A stretch of 63,916 nucleotides of DNA, counting the filler. It is 12 parts of 12 records of this genome, joined end to end, with 100 filler letters (N's around TTAATTAATTAA, not from the genome) between each part and the next. Parts side by side here need not be neighbours in the genome. Positions count along the whole stretch, not along the records: positions 33,041 to 37,739 come from SRR7504441_15164; positions 37,840 to 47,085 come from SRR7504441_15170; positions 47,186 to 51,236 come from SRR7504441_15177; 9 more parts are not named here. One strand, written 5' to 3'. The notes below the pieces were generated by a model, which saw only the letters and a program-made list of their open reading frames with translations, ran no database searches and had not been told where the DNA came from. Numbering within the stretch: the stretch's first letter is position 1; each line of letters begins with the position of its first letter. Both the position numbers and the translations under genes were made by a program. This document shows positions 36,201-49,366 of this stretch, piece by piece.

Positions 36201-37612
36201 CTGCCAGCCGTGATCGTGCAGGCTCTTGGTCTCACGGGCCACTTGGACCAGGTGCTCGCCCGATCCTATCAGCTCGTGCCGCGCGTGGCTCTGATTGACC
36301 ACCTGGTTGCACGCCTCGCACTAGACTGCCAATCCAGCGCACCTCGCGGATCACCGAGTCTTCGTCTTCCATGTCCGGCTTGTACACCACGGCCTTATCG
36401 TTGTGTTGGTAGATCTTGAGCGCGTGCTGCCCTCCGAATCGCCCGCCGGCCACCCAGAGGCCTCACCTGGAGCGCAAAGCACACCAATACAACCCGCCTC
36501 TCCACCCAATCGCCAAACTGATCCACCTGGCCCTTCGGACCGGTCAGACTAGTGACGGAAACTAACAGACCTCGAATAGCGTCTGGCTCGGCGGCCGCCA
36601 CGGGTCTGTCTCGAGCAGCAGCTCCAAGTGGTAGTCCACATCGAGCACGTGAGGGTCGGCCTCAGGCTGGGATGGGTTGATTCCTAGCCGCTTGGCGAAC
36701 AAAGCCGCCTCCTGATCCTCGTGCTCCCAGCCCAGCTGGGAGCCCATCATGTAGTACACCACAGTGGTGATCTGCTCCACTGAGCTCTCGTCAACCGATG
36801 GATTTGCCGCCATCGCGAGCTGAAGGTACTCAAACGCCAGCAGCTGGGCCTGGCTAGCCTGCTCCAGCCCGAGCCCGCTCTCAGGCAGTTGCGGCTCCGG
36901 CAGCAGCTGCCCCCACAGATGAGCGGCCCTCCCTGGCAGCTGGACGCACCAGCATCTGGCTGAGTGTGGTGGGTCGGCAAGCGTGATTCCGAGTGCTCAG
37001 CAGCTGCGCCCTCCGCTCCGTCAGCTGTGCGTCCTTGAGCTCCTGTTGGGCCGCCAGCCAGCTATCGCCCCCAGCCCGCTTCTTCTTGGGCGGCGCACTC
37101 GCCGCAACTTTCCGTAGGTCAGCCGCCCCGACCGCACCGCCTGACGCACCGGGCGGGGCCCTGCTCACCGGCACCGGCTCCGGCTCAGAATCACAATCAT
37201 CCTCGGGCTCGTCAAACGAGCCCGGGGTGTCGTGCTCGCCCGGGGTATCGTACACCGGCTCCAGGGCCGGCTGCCTTCGCCCGAACGCAGGCGGCTCCTC
37301 CCGGGGTGGCGGCGGGGCCGGCCTGTCTCGCCGGGGTTGGTCCGAGTCCAAGAGAAAGTCGGCGTGCCCGGGGAGCACCGTGGCTTGCTCCCGCTCGGCC
37401 TGCAGCACCGCCTGCACGTCGGTCCGATCCAGCTCGGCCGCCGGGATCCTATTGACGGAATCAATTCCGGGCGGGAGCGCCAGCAGCCCCTTCTGGTCCA
37501 GCCCGGACAGCAGGTGCCGCAGGAGATCCCGTCGGTCTTCCTGCAGCTCGGCGTTCAGCTCGGCCGCCTCGGCCAGCTTGGCGGTCGTCACGCGCTGGAG
37601 CAAGCCCTCCAT
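33249..37612 (-). CDS. Munc13-like / PATROL1-type DUF810 (MHD1/MHD2) tethering protein, multi-intron
   Basis: RRDLLRHLLSG, LELL..W.ERR, WPLNVLLYQHML, LGISPDLHALC..EFDQY, RVFAEETWE..SSSVQDVF..IEKFF, MCLNNLQ, RIVFYDM, GPNRWF..DYELIDAD...KKFF. These match the order of conserved blocks I recall for plant PATROL1. TAA at 33249-33251. Confidence 0.8.
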
Positions 37613-37839
37613 CTTGCGGCTTCGAGAGCCTGGCCTTTCGGCTTCGTATATTTCCGTTATTGTCCTGCACATCCTACAGTTCTAAAGGAAGAGTGTGCGC
37701 GGCGCGACGGCGCGAGAAATTTTTCGGAGAGAGATTTGANNNNNNNNNNNNNNNNNNNNNNNNNNNNNNNNNNNNNNNNNNNNTTAATTAATTAANNNNN
37801 NNNNNNNNNNNNNNNNNNNNNNNNNNNNNNNNNNNNNNN

Positions 37840-39066
37840 CTCGGCCTGCAGCTGGGTGTGCTCAAGCTCATTTCTCAGCCCGTACTGGGCTGCCTTGATG
37901 GTCTGCAAGCCAGCCCTGATGCGCTCCTCGCTCTTCTCCACGTTTTCATGTCTTACCTTTGGGTGGTTGAGCTGCAATTCGCCGCGCCCCTGCGGTGCAG
38001 CCTTGCTCATCCCCACCGCCTGTACCGGCTGCAGCGCATGCAGCTGGTTGAGTTGTAAATGCGCCTGGTCCCGTAGCCCCGAGACCTCGGCCTGTGACCG
38101 CACCCTACTCGGACCACCTCGGACCCCAGCTGACGCCATCTTAGCCTGCACCTGGTTCATCACGTCCAGCTTGGCCGCCGCCACCGCCCGGTCCATCACC
38201 GGTCCATCACCAGCGGGCCCGAAGTTGCGGCTCTGGGCTTGCAGCCGGCTGATCTCCTGCCTGTTCTGCTCAATCTGCGCCATGGCTAGCTTGAGCTCTT
38301 GCTGCAGTCCGCGCGACTCCCGGTCAATCTCACTCGCCTCTCCGTCCAAGATGTCGCACAGCCGTCCCTTGCTTCGCTCTATATCCACCACAGCAGCGTA
38401 CAGCCGTCGCTTCAAGTCGGGCGCCTCGCCGGGTGGATCCAGCAGCCCTCTCAGCTGGCCCTTGCTCCGATCGATCTCGTCAACCGCCAGCTGCAGCCGC
38501 TGCTTGAGCTCCTCGCTCAGCCCCGCGGCCCCGCTATGCACCAGCTCCGCCCGGGACCCGCCGGCCGGCTGCTCGGCCTGCCGCCTACCCCGCTCCACCT
38601 CGGCGGTGGCTGCGGCCAACTGGCGGCACAGCTCGCGGTTCTCGGCCCGCAGCCGCTCCTCGGTCGGAACTGGCGGGGAACTCGGCGGCTGCTCGGGCGG
38701 GTCGTTGCCCCGAGGTCCGGTCAACACGCTGCGGTCTCGCGGCGGCTGCTCGGGCGTGGCGAACGAGCCGGCTGGCTGCGGGGCGGCCTCGAGCGCGGAG
38801 AGCTTGGCTGGTTGGCCGGCCTGGAGCCTCTCGTAGAGCCCGTTGAGCGACCGATCCAAGTCGGCCTGCCGCTTGGGCACTGGCTGGCCGGAGACTAGCC
38901 AGGGCAGCAGGAACTGACCTCCGGTGGCCGCCCCGCCCACTTGCCCGGGCTCCCCCGCCGGTCCAGAACTCACCGGGGCGTGGGCCGCTGGGGCGCGCGG
39001 GGCGTGTGGCCGGTCCGGCGCCCGCGGGGCGCCGGGGTTCGTCCACTCAGTCCACCCGATCGGCAT
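37840..39066 (-). CDS. Hypothetical coiled-coil protein, 3' partial
   Basis: Open frame of >400 codons with a Pro-rich N-terminus and heptad-like repeats (LQLAVDEIDRSKGQL / LYAAVVDIERSKGRL). Divergent from the next gene. Confidence 0.65.
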
Positions 39067-39138
39067 TCAGCCCTCAACAAGAATCTCGAATCCCAACTTA
39101 CGGAAGTAACAAACGGTAACAGGGCTTCAGGCTGGGAA

Positions 39139-42100
39139 ATGCGCCTGGCCTGGTGGGTCAGCTGGCTGCTGCCCTTGGCGGCCGGGTTGGCGTTGAACGA
39201 CACGCTCCTGCCGGGCCAGCCCCGTCAGTACCTGCTCCGCCCGGGTGAGATCGCACTGGCCCGGTTTGCGAGCTGCAGCGGGAACGAGGGCTTCCTGGTG
39301 CGGCTGCAGATCATCACAGGCGAGGCCGACCTTCTGGGCTGGAACCAAACCAATCTGGGCGAGGATCAGGCCTTCGCCCAGTCGAGCAACCCGAGCGGGC
39401 TGGACATGATCACAGTGCCGAGCATGCTGGGCCATCGCGGGTACACCTTTGGGGCCAAGAACACCGGATTCTTCACGGCCAAGGTGGAGCTGGTGCTAGA
39501 GTGGGTAGCCACCCCTCTCAGCCTGGGGCTCAACACCCTGGTCGGGACGAGCGAAGGCTGCGACTCGTTCTTCAGCGTGGATCTAACTGACCCGGCCGTG
39601 CAGCAGCTGGTGCGCGGCCGCGGAGGGGGGGGGGGCTAACTGGCGGCAGGTAACGATCGTGCAAGGTGTCGACGACCAGTTCCAGCCGTTTCATCTATGG
39701 AACTCGGAGGAACTGTACCAGCTTCCGGTGGGGATCCTCGCCAACGAGACCGTCGACAACACCACTTCGTTCAACACGATCACGCTGCCTGCCAGCATTG
39801 GGCTCAGCCGCCGGTGAGCCCGCCCACCCCCCGCGGAGGCCTGAGCCGAAGACAGGCACTACACAGTGCGCCAGCAGGCGCGCCCCCGCATCTCGCTCGA
39901 CGAGCTGTGCGACGCGTGTGCGGGTATCCTCTGCGAAGAGTGCGAGGAGTTCGACTCGGCGATGATCACGAGCACCAACTCGTTCGACCAGGTTCGCATG
40001 TGCACTGGGGACTACGGCACTGCGCCACTACGGTACACACTGGGCGGACTTGATGGGTTTATAAAGCCAGGGTACGAACTGGTCGAACCGTGCTACAGCG
40101 ACTACGATTGCATCGAACGCGATGAGGACAGGCGGATAAGCTCTGGTTCATCTCAAGCGTCGAGCTGCATCCCCGTGCGGCAATGCTATACCGGGCCGGC
40201 GTACGGCAGCGGGCTGCTCCCCGGGACCGTGTGTGGCTCGTCCACAGATTGCTGGCAGTTGGACCCTCTCGACTTCCGCTGTGACCAGCAGTCAGCCAAG
40301 TGTACTTTCCGGTCCCCAGGATATTCTTCGTTCAGGGTGATCGAACACTGGACAGGGCTCCAGTGTAACGTCAACAGTGACTGCTCCGCCCCGGCCCTCC
40401 AAGCTGCGCAGGTATGCTCTGGCCCGTTCTTCAATATCCAGGCACAGCCGGTCAAATATGGCAGAATGAATCACGAGCCAGTTGAGCTCAAGGCTAAGCC
40501 AAATCAAATCGCAACTCTGGTGACTCCGACCTGCGTGGAGAAGCCCGTGGTGGATTTGCAGATATCGGTTCCGGGCACGCCGCACCCTGACACGTGGCTG
40601 CTTGCGAGCTCGCATATGAGCCTCGGATCTGAACTCACCAAGTCAACTTTCTGCCTGGGCAACGACTGCTACTGCTACGCCGCCGACGACAAGGCATTGG
40701 GTGGCGGGCGGCTGTTCGGATCGCGGTGTGAAAGCCACTGGGACTGCAGTTCAATAGGCAGATCCGAGCTGCGATGCCACCCAATGCCTGTGAACGGGGT
40801 CAGCGAGACCCCGCCCAGCTGCCAGTATTACTCCGAGGAGCTCGCAGACTGGCGGGACATTGGCGTGCCCCCGAATCCCACAACAGCCGCCTACACCTGC
40901 ACTGACGACAGCGACTGCCACGAAATTCTCAACAACATTTGGTGCAAAAATGTGCCAAGGTGCAAGATTGGTGAGATTTTCGGTGGAGGATACCTGCCAC
41001 AGGTGAGCTGCCTGTCTGATAGTGACTGCTTTTCGCTGTACCAAGACCAGTTCCGATGCTCTGATCCAGACGGCGAATGCCAGTTCTCATACAAATGGCA
41101 GTCAGAAGAGGAACCAGGCACCTTTGTCGCCATACCCAATCTGCTGGTGCCTCAGTTCCCCATATCATAGCTTCTAAGTGGCTGGCAGGTGGATGATCAA
41201 AGGAAGAAGAAGGGCTGCACCAGGTACGGGCGCAACTGGTGCCTGCAATTCCGTGACTTTGGCCAACTCTCGTGTGAGCTCGACCAAAGCAACCCAGTAG
41301 CGTTCAATTTAGCCGAGCTTCACAGGCTTCAGAGCTATGCAGAGGTCGCGAAGCTCAATGCTGACGCAAATGCGCTCATTCCAGGGCGTGTCAAAGTGCC
41401 AAACACATGCATCAGCACGGCCTCCAAGGATTATGTTTACACATCGGATACCTGCGTACAGGAAGTGGGTCACAATATTGGCAAGACTGGGACCTGTACT
41501 GCTGGTGTTTACGGTGGACCACTGGCATTGGAGCTCTGCTCGACAGATGAAGACTGCTTCAATATCCCAGACGACAGGTTCATCTGCGCGGAAGGATTCG
41601 ATGTTGGAGGTAACGGGTATTCTGGCCCACTCGGATTCTGTGAGCAACTCGTGAAGGAAAAGCTACTTGACAAAAAGTACAGCATCAAGCGACAGATTCC
41701 ATCCTGGCGACAGGATATGGTCCGCTGTCAAACCGATGCTGACTGCACCACTCCTGCAATCAAGCAAGCTAGGAGATGCGAGCACCGCGCATGCCGTGTG
41801 GGCAATCAGTTTGGGGGTGGTAGGTTGCTAGGGACTGCATGCAGTTCAACCAGCGACTGTCAGTCGCTCGACATTAACAACTTCAAGTGTATGTGCGATG
41901 GGATCAATGGGCAGATTTGCACGGACCCGCTAAGCACAATTTCGGATTGTGAAGCGAATTGTGGTGGTTCAGGGAATATGCGGTGTGCTTACCAACCGAC
42001 TGGACAGCCGGACGTTTTCTACCCAATTCCTGGTTGGGATTTGGGTGTCCTGGCCTGCAAGAAAGATTCCGATTGCCAGACTCCATTTGTGCTCAAATCC

Positions 42101-45100
42101 CTTAAGTGCGAGAACTCTGTTCAAATCGAACCAACCAAACACAGCTCCTCTGGGGTTCACTATAACACAACATACATGCACTTATGGCAGCCTGCTGGGA
42201 CTGGATCGGCCAATGTCACTCTGTCCCCAACCCTGGCAAGCAATCGCGAACTACTGATGGAAAGATTTGGTGTGTACAACCAGTCTCACTTCTCACCCAT
42301 CTGCGCAACCGATCCCTACACTCTAACCAACAATGGCGACGACGTCGTCAAGTTCGAGGGTGTGAATTTGAAGTCCATGTGGGAAAATCCTGATGTTCTG
42401 GGTCCGTACTATGATACGAACGGGCAATCAGGCGCTCAAGCCAAGACGGACAGGAACGCATTCAATACCAGGCTCCAGTGTGTCTTCCAAATTGGTCTAG
42501 ACAATAGCAATCGCTCACATTGCCGGACGCCAGGCGGGTATGTACTACCAGGAACTTGCAACTACGATCAAGACTGCCGTGCTTCAGCGGTGGATAAAGA
42601 CAGCGGTGTCACCACTGGTTTCGACCAGTCCCAGTTTCTTTGTACTGGCGATGTGAGTGCCACTTCGAATGCCCGCAAGGCCAGCTGTTACATCGCCTTG
42701 GGCGCCTGGCCTCGGGAGACAGAGACGAAGACCGGTCAATCATGGGATGAACAACCATCTTACGTACCGCGAGGCCATTTTCAGATGTATCCCTTTGCTC
42801 CAGGCTTTGTATGCTCGGAATCAAGGGACTGCTTCGATCTCATTGCGGAAGTGGACAGCGATTTTGATCCACCATTTGACCTACCGACCTGTATAAATTC
42901 GACAGTTGAGCTGCTAAAGACTGATGGCAAAATGAGCGCAGATGGGGCTACAGTAGAATGTAACTCGCCAACTCTTTGCTCTGGGGACGACTGCTTGGAG
43001 AAGCCATCCACCCCTCCTGCACTTGCTTATTTGGAGCTCGAAGCTCTCATGCTCGACAAGAATAATCCAGCCCTCCTAAACTTGACCAAAAAGTACTGGC
43101 CCGACCCCAAGGTGGTCCGGACTTATTCGACCTCTCCAGTCACATGGTACAGCTCATCTCTGGTCTCACTTACGGAAGTGATGCCGCCAATTGGTCCAGT
43201 AGATGGAAACACCTCGCTGGTGCTGTCTGGAACAGGCTTTGAGGCTCGAACGAGCCCGAACTTGGAGAATCGAGAGCCCATCATAAGGACCCAGTGGGCG
43301 GTCCCCTATCCGGATCCAGGAGAAATCAGCATCAAGCTCGATGGATCAAGTACCACTGGTGCAACTCAAATACTTGATGCGCGTTTGTTCAACGGCACTG
43401 TTATGGCTCGCACCACAGCGGTTCCTACTGGACTGTACTTCGTGTCACTCTCGATGAACGGAGTTCAGTACGTCAGATCGGATGATTCTGTATTTCACAG
43501 TGCGCCTGAAGTGCTCCTGCACGCCGTGTACCCTGCAGTGGGCCCGCCAGCAGGTGGCACCGAGATAACAATCGCTGGACGTAACTTCCAATTCCTCCCA
43601 ATGCCCAGATTCACTCCAGCCCACCTCTTTAGGTGCCGGATTGGCGACCTAGTGGTGAGTGCGGCCCATGTTGCGGCTGAATTCGTTATATGCATCACAC
43701 CATCCGCACCCAATATCTACGATCCAGGTTCCGAAGCTGCTTCCGAAGAGACCTTGCCCCCCCCAAACATATGTAGAACTCCAGGACAATACACACAGGT
43801 TGTTTCACTCGAGGTAACTGAGAACAATCAGCAGTACACGTCGCTGCCAGTGGCACTGTCTAGAGCTGGGAGCCAGTTTGGTTATGTAGGCTGGCCTTGC
43901 GATATGGAAGACCTGCACCCAGTTAGCAGCCCGGCGACTGGGAACATACTGGTCAATGTCACAGGCAGGTTCTTCCATGATGTGCCCGATCCAGCAGAGC
44001 AGCGGATATGGGTCAACCGGAGTGCCAACTTTATCCTGTGCAAATTCGGAGAGCAAGCCGTTCAGGGTCGCTGGCTTAGCCAGACAACTGTGCAGTGCCA
44101 AGTGCCCCCACTACAGCACATTCTGGGCCCGCAAGATCGCCACGAGGTTCAAGTGCAGGTCACTTTGAACGGACAGCAGTATGTGACTAGCAGCACCAAG
44201 CTTCAATACTACTCCAACAATATGAGCATTGCCAGTCTCTCCACGAGATGGGGTCCAAACGCTGGCGGTACAAAGGTCGTCGTCCAAGGCGTTGGTTTCT
44301 TTGACCCAGCAGCATCAACTACATCATCAGCTCGCCGGCGCCGGGGTATGCCCGCAGCCAAGCCAGGGATTCAGTGTAGCTTTGGTGGCATCGTGAGTTC
44401 TACCCCTGGAATATTTTACCCCGAGAAAACCACCAACGGGACTACCAGCGCACCGACTCTGCCTTCAGTGGAGTGCGTCAGCCCAGCAATACACAGTTCG
44501 ACCTCAGAGCCCCAGATTGCACCGTTGCGACTGTCTTTTGACGGCGGTCAGACTTTCACTGAGAGCTCATCGGATTTCTTCATGTATGTTCCTCCGACAC
44601 TGGCAAAGGTTACGCCAAATATTGGCGTTGTCGACAGCACAACAGAGGTGACGTTCACAGGACAGGGTTTTCAACAGACCACCGGAGAGGCCACTTGTAG
44701 CTTGTCACACGGGTGCATTGACAATGCTGATGCAACGGATAAAAATGGGAAAGCTTTTTCCTGCGAGGAAGAAAAGCGGCTTGGACGATGCGACGAGGAT
44801 GAGAATAAGGGACTGTGTCTCAAGACCTGCGCCCAATGTGAACATCTGTCTCGTACGCTACCTGCTCACTTTGTCAACATGAACACAGTGGTGTGCAGCA
44901 TTCCACCCATGAGCATGACTGCCGAGGAGGCGGCAGCGGCTGTAAAGGCCGCTGAGGATGCGGCGGTGGCTGCAAAGGTTGCTGAGGAGGCAGCGGCGGT
45001 AGCCTTGGCGGCTGTAAAGGCCGCTGAGGATGCGGTGAAAGCGGCAAAGACCGATGAGGAAGAGGCAGCAGCTCAAGAGGCTGCTGAGGAGGCAACAGCG

Positions 45101-47085
45101 GCGGCAAAGACTGCTGAGGAGGCACAAGCGGCGGCAGTAAAAGCTGCTGAGGAGGCAGCGGCGGCAGGGACACATCCATACTACAACAAAACCGTCGCAG
45201 GACAGTTGCACACCGCCGCCGTGCAGGTCAGCCTCAATGGGCAGCAGTACTCTGAGAGCGTCAACTTCACATATTTCGCTGCTCCAAAGATTGTTGCCAT
45301 ATCTCCAAGCTCTGGACCATACATCGGGCAAGCAACCATAGTCACCGTGACTGGAGACAACTTGTTTGACCTGACCAAACAATCTGGAATACCTGCTAAG
45401 TGTAGGTTTTCCAACTCGCACGGAGCGACTGAACAGAGCGCTGAAGTCAGTGCAACATTTCGTGGCCTTGGCCACAGCAGCGCGACGGGAGGTGAAGGCG
45501 TCGAGACTGGGCAGCTCCTTTGTGCGGCTCCACAGTGGACAGTACCTGCAACAGTTTCACTCTCTGTCTCTTTAAATGGCGAGCAATGGTCTTCTGGCAA
45601 GTCTTACCTCTATTATGGCGTGCCTATTGTCCTGAATGCCCTGCAGCCGGCGTCGGGCCCAGTCGCAGGTGGCACAAAGGTCACCGTTGTTGGAAAGAAC
45701 TTCAGTGAAACTGAGGACGTTATTTGCCGCTTCGGGTACACTAGGAGAGGCTTCTTCTCTAGTCCCAACTTGGCATCGGGGAAGTATTTATCACCCACAA
45801 AAATCGAGTGTCCTGCACCGGTAGTCGACACAGAATATGACTGGCCCCTACAACGCACCATTCCAGTGACCAGCAAACAGGTCATTGTCGATGTAACCCA
45901 AAATGGGCAGCAATACGCGTCGGGTAGCCTGGAGTACCGGTTTTATAACAGTGACGTGCAGGGAATTTCTGTTTTCCCGAAGAATCTTCCCGTCCCAGGA
46001 CCTCCTACACTGTTAACCATTCAAGCCGAGAATCTCAGGGACACTGGCACGCTGTTCTGCCGCTTGGTGCGCAGTGGCCGGAACGAAGTTGGGCGCTCGC
46101 CAGCCATCTACATCAACAGCACCGTAGCCACCTGCATCTCGCCACAAATCACGCTAGAAGACTGGGAGGCATCGAGTCATGCGCTGAGCGCACTCAAGAT
46201 GGAGATATCACTTAACGGACAGGACTTCTCCTTCCCACCCATCACCGGTAGCGCATCCTTTGGGTTTTACAAAAAACCATCGGTGACCCGGCTTACCCCA
46301 AATTGCGGATTGGCCACTGGTGGGACAACAATATCTCTGGGAGGCGACTACCTAGGCCAGTTTTTGGATCCGGCACTACCCACTTGTCGATTTAATCGGC
46401 TTGACTCGACAATTGTCCGAGCCACCAAAATCCCAGGCTCCATAGAAACCAGCACATTTGCGTATACTTGTGTCACTCCCGACCTCAAATTCATTGGGAA
46501 TACAGTCATCGAGCTGGCTATCAATGGGGTCACGTACCAGGAGCTGACTCCTCTTGATGGGGTGGGATTCTACGCACTCCCACAGGGTGCAATTACTAGT
46601 GTGAGTCCGGCGTCTGGCCTATTCTCGGAGCAATTTACAGTGACAATCACTGGTATCGACTTCCGCTCACCAGTTGGCAACATTCAGCCGCAATGCCGGT
46701 ACGTTCCCATTCAAGTGCCTCAGCGAGTGTTTGACAGGTTTGAGACTGCTGCAAGCCAAGACGGATGGATCTACACCTCGGCGACTGTAGTAGACTTCCG
46801 CACTATCGAGTGTCAGTCGCCACAGGCGAGCTGCTTGCCCTCGTAAAGTTCTGAGATCTTATGACAGGTTACGGCGCCACAGCCTAGTGACGGAGGAGGA
46901 AGGTATGTTGCAGTCGAGGTATCACTTAATGGGCAAAACTGGGTGAGTGAGACTGATATCATGGTCAACCTCCAGCCTGAGCCGATATGCTATACATGCA
47001 ACGACACTGACGATGCAATCGGGCTCAAGCCACAGCTATGGATAGCAGCCATCATAATCGCGTTAACTTTAGGCCTCTGGTCGTA
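39139..47085 (+). CDS. Giant cell-surface protein (~2,600 aa): signal peptide, Cys-rich CxxDxDC repeats, multiple IPT/TIG domains, ShK-like domain, C-terminal TM helix; 3' partial
   Basis: MRLAWWVSWLLPLAAGLA; repeated C.SDxDC units; repeated P..GP..GGT.V.V.G..F...C.FG...VSLNGQQY; ShK-like 44714-44839; TM LWIAAIIIALTLGLW. Four short introns, including GC-AG 46826-46867. Confidence 0.85.
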
Positions 47086-47333
47086 NNNNNNNNNNNNNNN
47101 NNNNNNNNNNNNNNNNNNNNNNNNNNNNNTTAATTAATTAANNNNNNNNNNNNNNNNNNNNNNNNNNNNNNNNNNNNNNNNNNNNAGCGCAACCGCCATG
47201 GCCAACGGAAAGATCCTCTGACTGTACAATCTAATTCGTAATCGAGTTGGTCGTGTAATAGTTGAAACTGGTTCAGTGGACCCAAATTATCCAATCTCAA
47301 CACAAATTATTGGTCACTTAGGCAATCGCGAAT

Positions 47334-49175
47334 TCATGACAACAATATTGCTTCGCATAAGATTTTCTTACGTTCTAATCGGTATAGTACACATCAATAG
47401 AGGTTTGAACCGGATGGCGTTGTGTCAAGGATCGCCTCATCCTGACCCCAATATCAGCCTATCTGGATCCCAGTTAGCTGTCACCTCTTCGCGAGTAGTC
47501 GGGAACTCGGCCAGCTTCTTGCAACAGCACGCACGGAACAAGTCCAGCTGCTCTGCTTGCAGCCTACATCACGCAGTCAGTTGGGCCGGCCTCGTATGAT
47601 GCGGGGACTTGAGCCATGGCTGGTCGATGCTCAGACTGTCCAGCTGCTCGATCAAGTTCTCTGCCTCCTGCTCGCTCTTACTCACAGCCCTGCCTCCAGG
47701 TTTACTCGCAGCCATGCACGGCCACACCACAGCCACATCCTGGCCTCCGGCTCAGTATCTTGCAGGGCGAATCCAATTTTGAGCTCAACACACGCCTGGA
47801 AGTCCGCCCCTAGTCCCCTAAGCAGCTGCTTGTGCCCTGGCTGATCTGCCGACAGATCCAGCGCCACCGTCTCCTCCGGGTTGCCCGACGGCACAAACCT
47901 GCAGCTAGCGGTTAGAGCCTTTGGGTGCACTGCATCGGCCACCCAAAGTGGACGAGCCAGTATTTGTTCCGGCGGGATGTGTAATTGAGCAGGAGCTCCT
48001 CGCCTAAACCGCAATCTCAGCCAGCCTGTTGACCTGGCTAGATGCCTTGCTCCACCCTTGCGCTCGTCACAACCTCCACACAGCCGCCGCACTGCTTCAG
48101 CTCACACCCGACCGCCCGGCTCGCTTCCGAGACGCCAGTATTCATCATGTCGATCCCAGGCATAAGCGAAGTGACCACCTTGTCCTCCTCCCGATGGCAT
48201 GGCAGCGCCCGAGATAGGTATAGCCCAAAGCCCCATCGGAACCGCTCCCACGACACGTGCTCCATCGATGGAGACGGCTCGGGCGCAGACTGGGCCCGAG
48301 CCAGCAGCGCGGTGTAGTCCTCACGTAGCGGCTTGAGGAACCGCCAGTCCACCTCGTCGGCCATGACGGGATCTTGCAGCTCTGCCAGCTCCCGCTTGCT
48401 GAAGAATATAGGAAGCGAGAGCTTGCGCGGGCAGCCGTGCCGGATGTACCTGCCCGCAGCTCAGCCCGGCTGCCGGCCGGTGGACCCGCCTGTGCCACTT
48501 GTCAGCTGGCTGGCTGAAAGCCTGGCATATGGCCAAGAGGATCAGCCGCAGCCGCGACCCGTCAGCCAGCCATCTCAGCTCCGGCCGCGCCCCGGCTGCG
48601 TCTGCGTTCAGCATGCACTCCCACGGCACACGCACCACCGCCTCCCCGGCCGGGACCTCTGTCAGCGCCACCAGTCCCATCCCTGCCCCCGCCACCTCTC
48701 GTACCGCCAGCCTCCCGTCCATCCACACGCCATCCACCAGTCCTGCCGGCTCGGCTGCCGGCAGCAACCCTTCCAGCCGGCCCGCCTCGCCATAGAGCAT
48801 CTCGAGCTGCCTCGGATCGGCAGTTGGCTCCCCCCTGAAGACTTCCTCCCCGTAGCACTCAGCCGCCGCCAGCATGGCTTGGTGCGCCTCGGCCAGCTGG
48901 CCCAGCTTCTCCAGCGCGCAGCCCCGGCGGTACTGCAGCTTGCTCCGGACGAATCCCAGGGCGGTGGCATTCTCCAGGCCTGCCTGACACCGGGCCTCGG
49001 CCTCGGGCCATCGCTCCAGTCGGAGCAGCGCCATTGCGGCGTTGCTGTGGCACAGGCCGGCCTCCGAGGGGCCTGAGGCCAGCAGCCCGGCCCGGTCGTA
49101 GCAGGCCAGGGCCGCAGGGTACTCCTTCCGGCCGAAGTGCACGTTGCCGGCCGCTTTGGCCTCCTCCCAGCTCAT
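47334..49175 (-). CDS. TPR + SET-domain (Rubisco-LSMT/SETD3-like) lysine methyltransferase, spliced, with in-frame TGA near the 3' end
   Basis: N-terminal TPRs (KAAGNVHFGRKEYPAALACY), GMGLVA..GEAVVRVP, FRWGFGLYLSRA, LMPGIDMMN, C-terminal FPTTREEDEAIL..YRLERKKIL. Confidence 0.8.
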
Positions 49176-49366
49176 AATCGCACGGAGCTTTGCCAGCCGC
49201 AGAAGTCACCGAGGCGGAAGTCCGGAAGGAGTCAACAAATGAAATCTTTCGCTGCAGCTCGTTGCACTGATTACGGCAACACAAAGGTGCCAGGGCAGCC
49301 TCAACCCAAAGGAGAGCCAAGGCGTGCCACCAGCGGCCGAGCGTTCGGCTCGGCCCCTGAGCAGCC

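Noticed and set aside
36300-36600. Possible PH domain within the DUF810 gene
   Set aside because: After removing introns the segment matches the DUF810 LELL..W..R block. The PH-like look came from unspliced translation.
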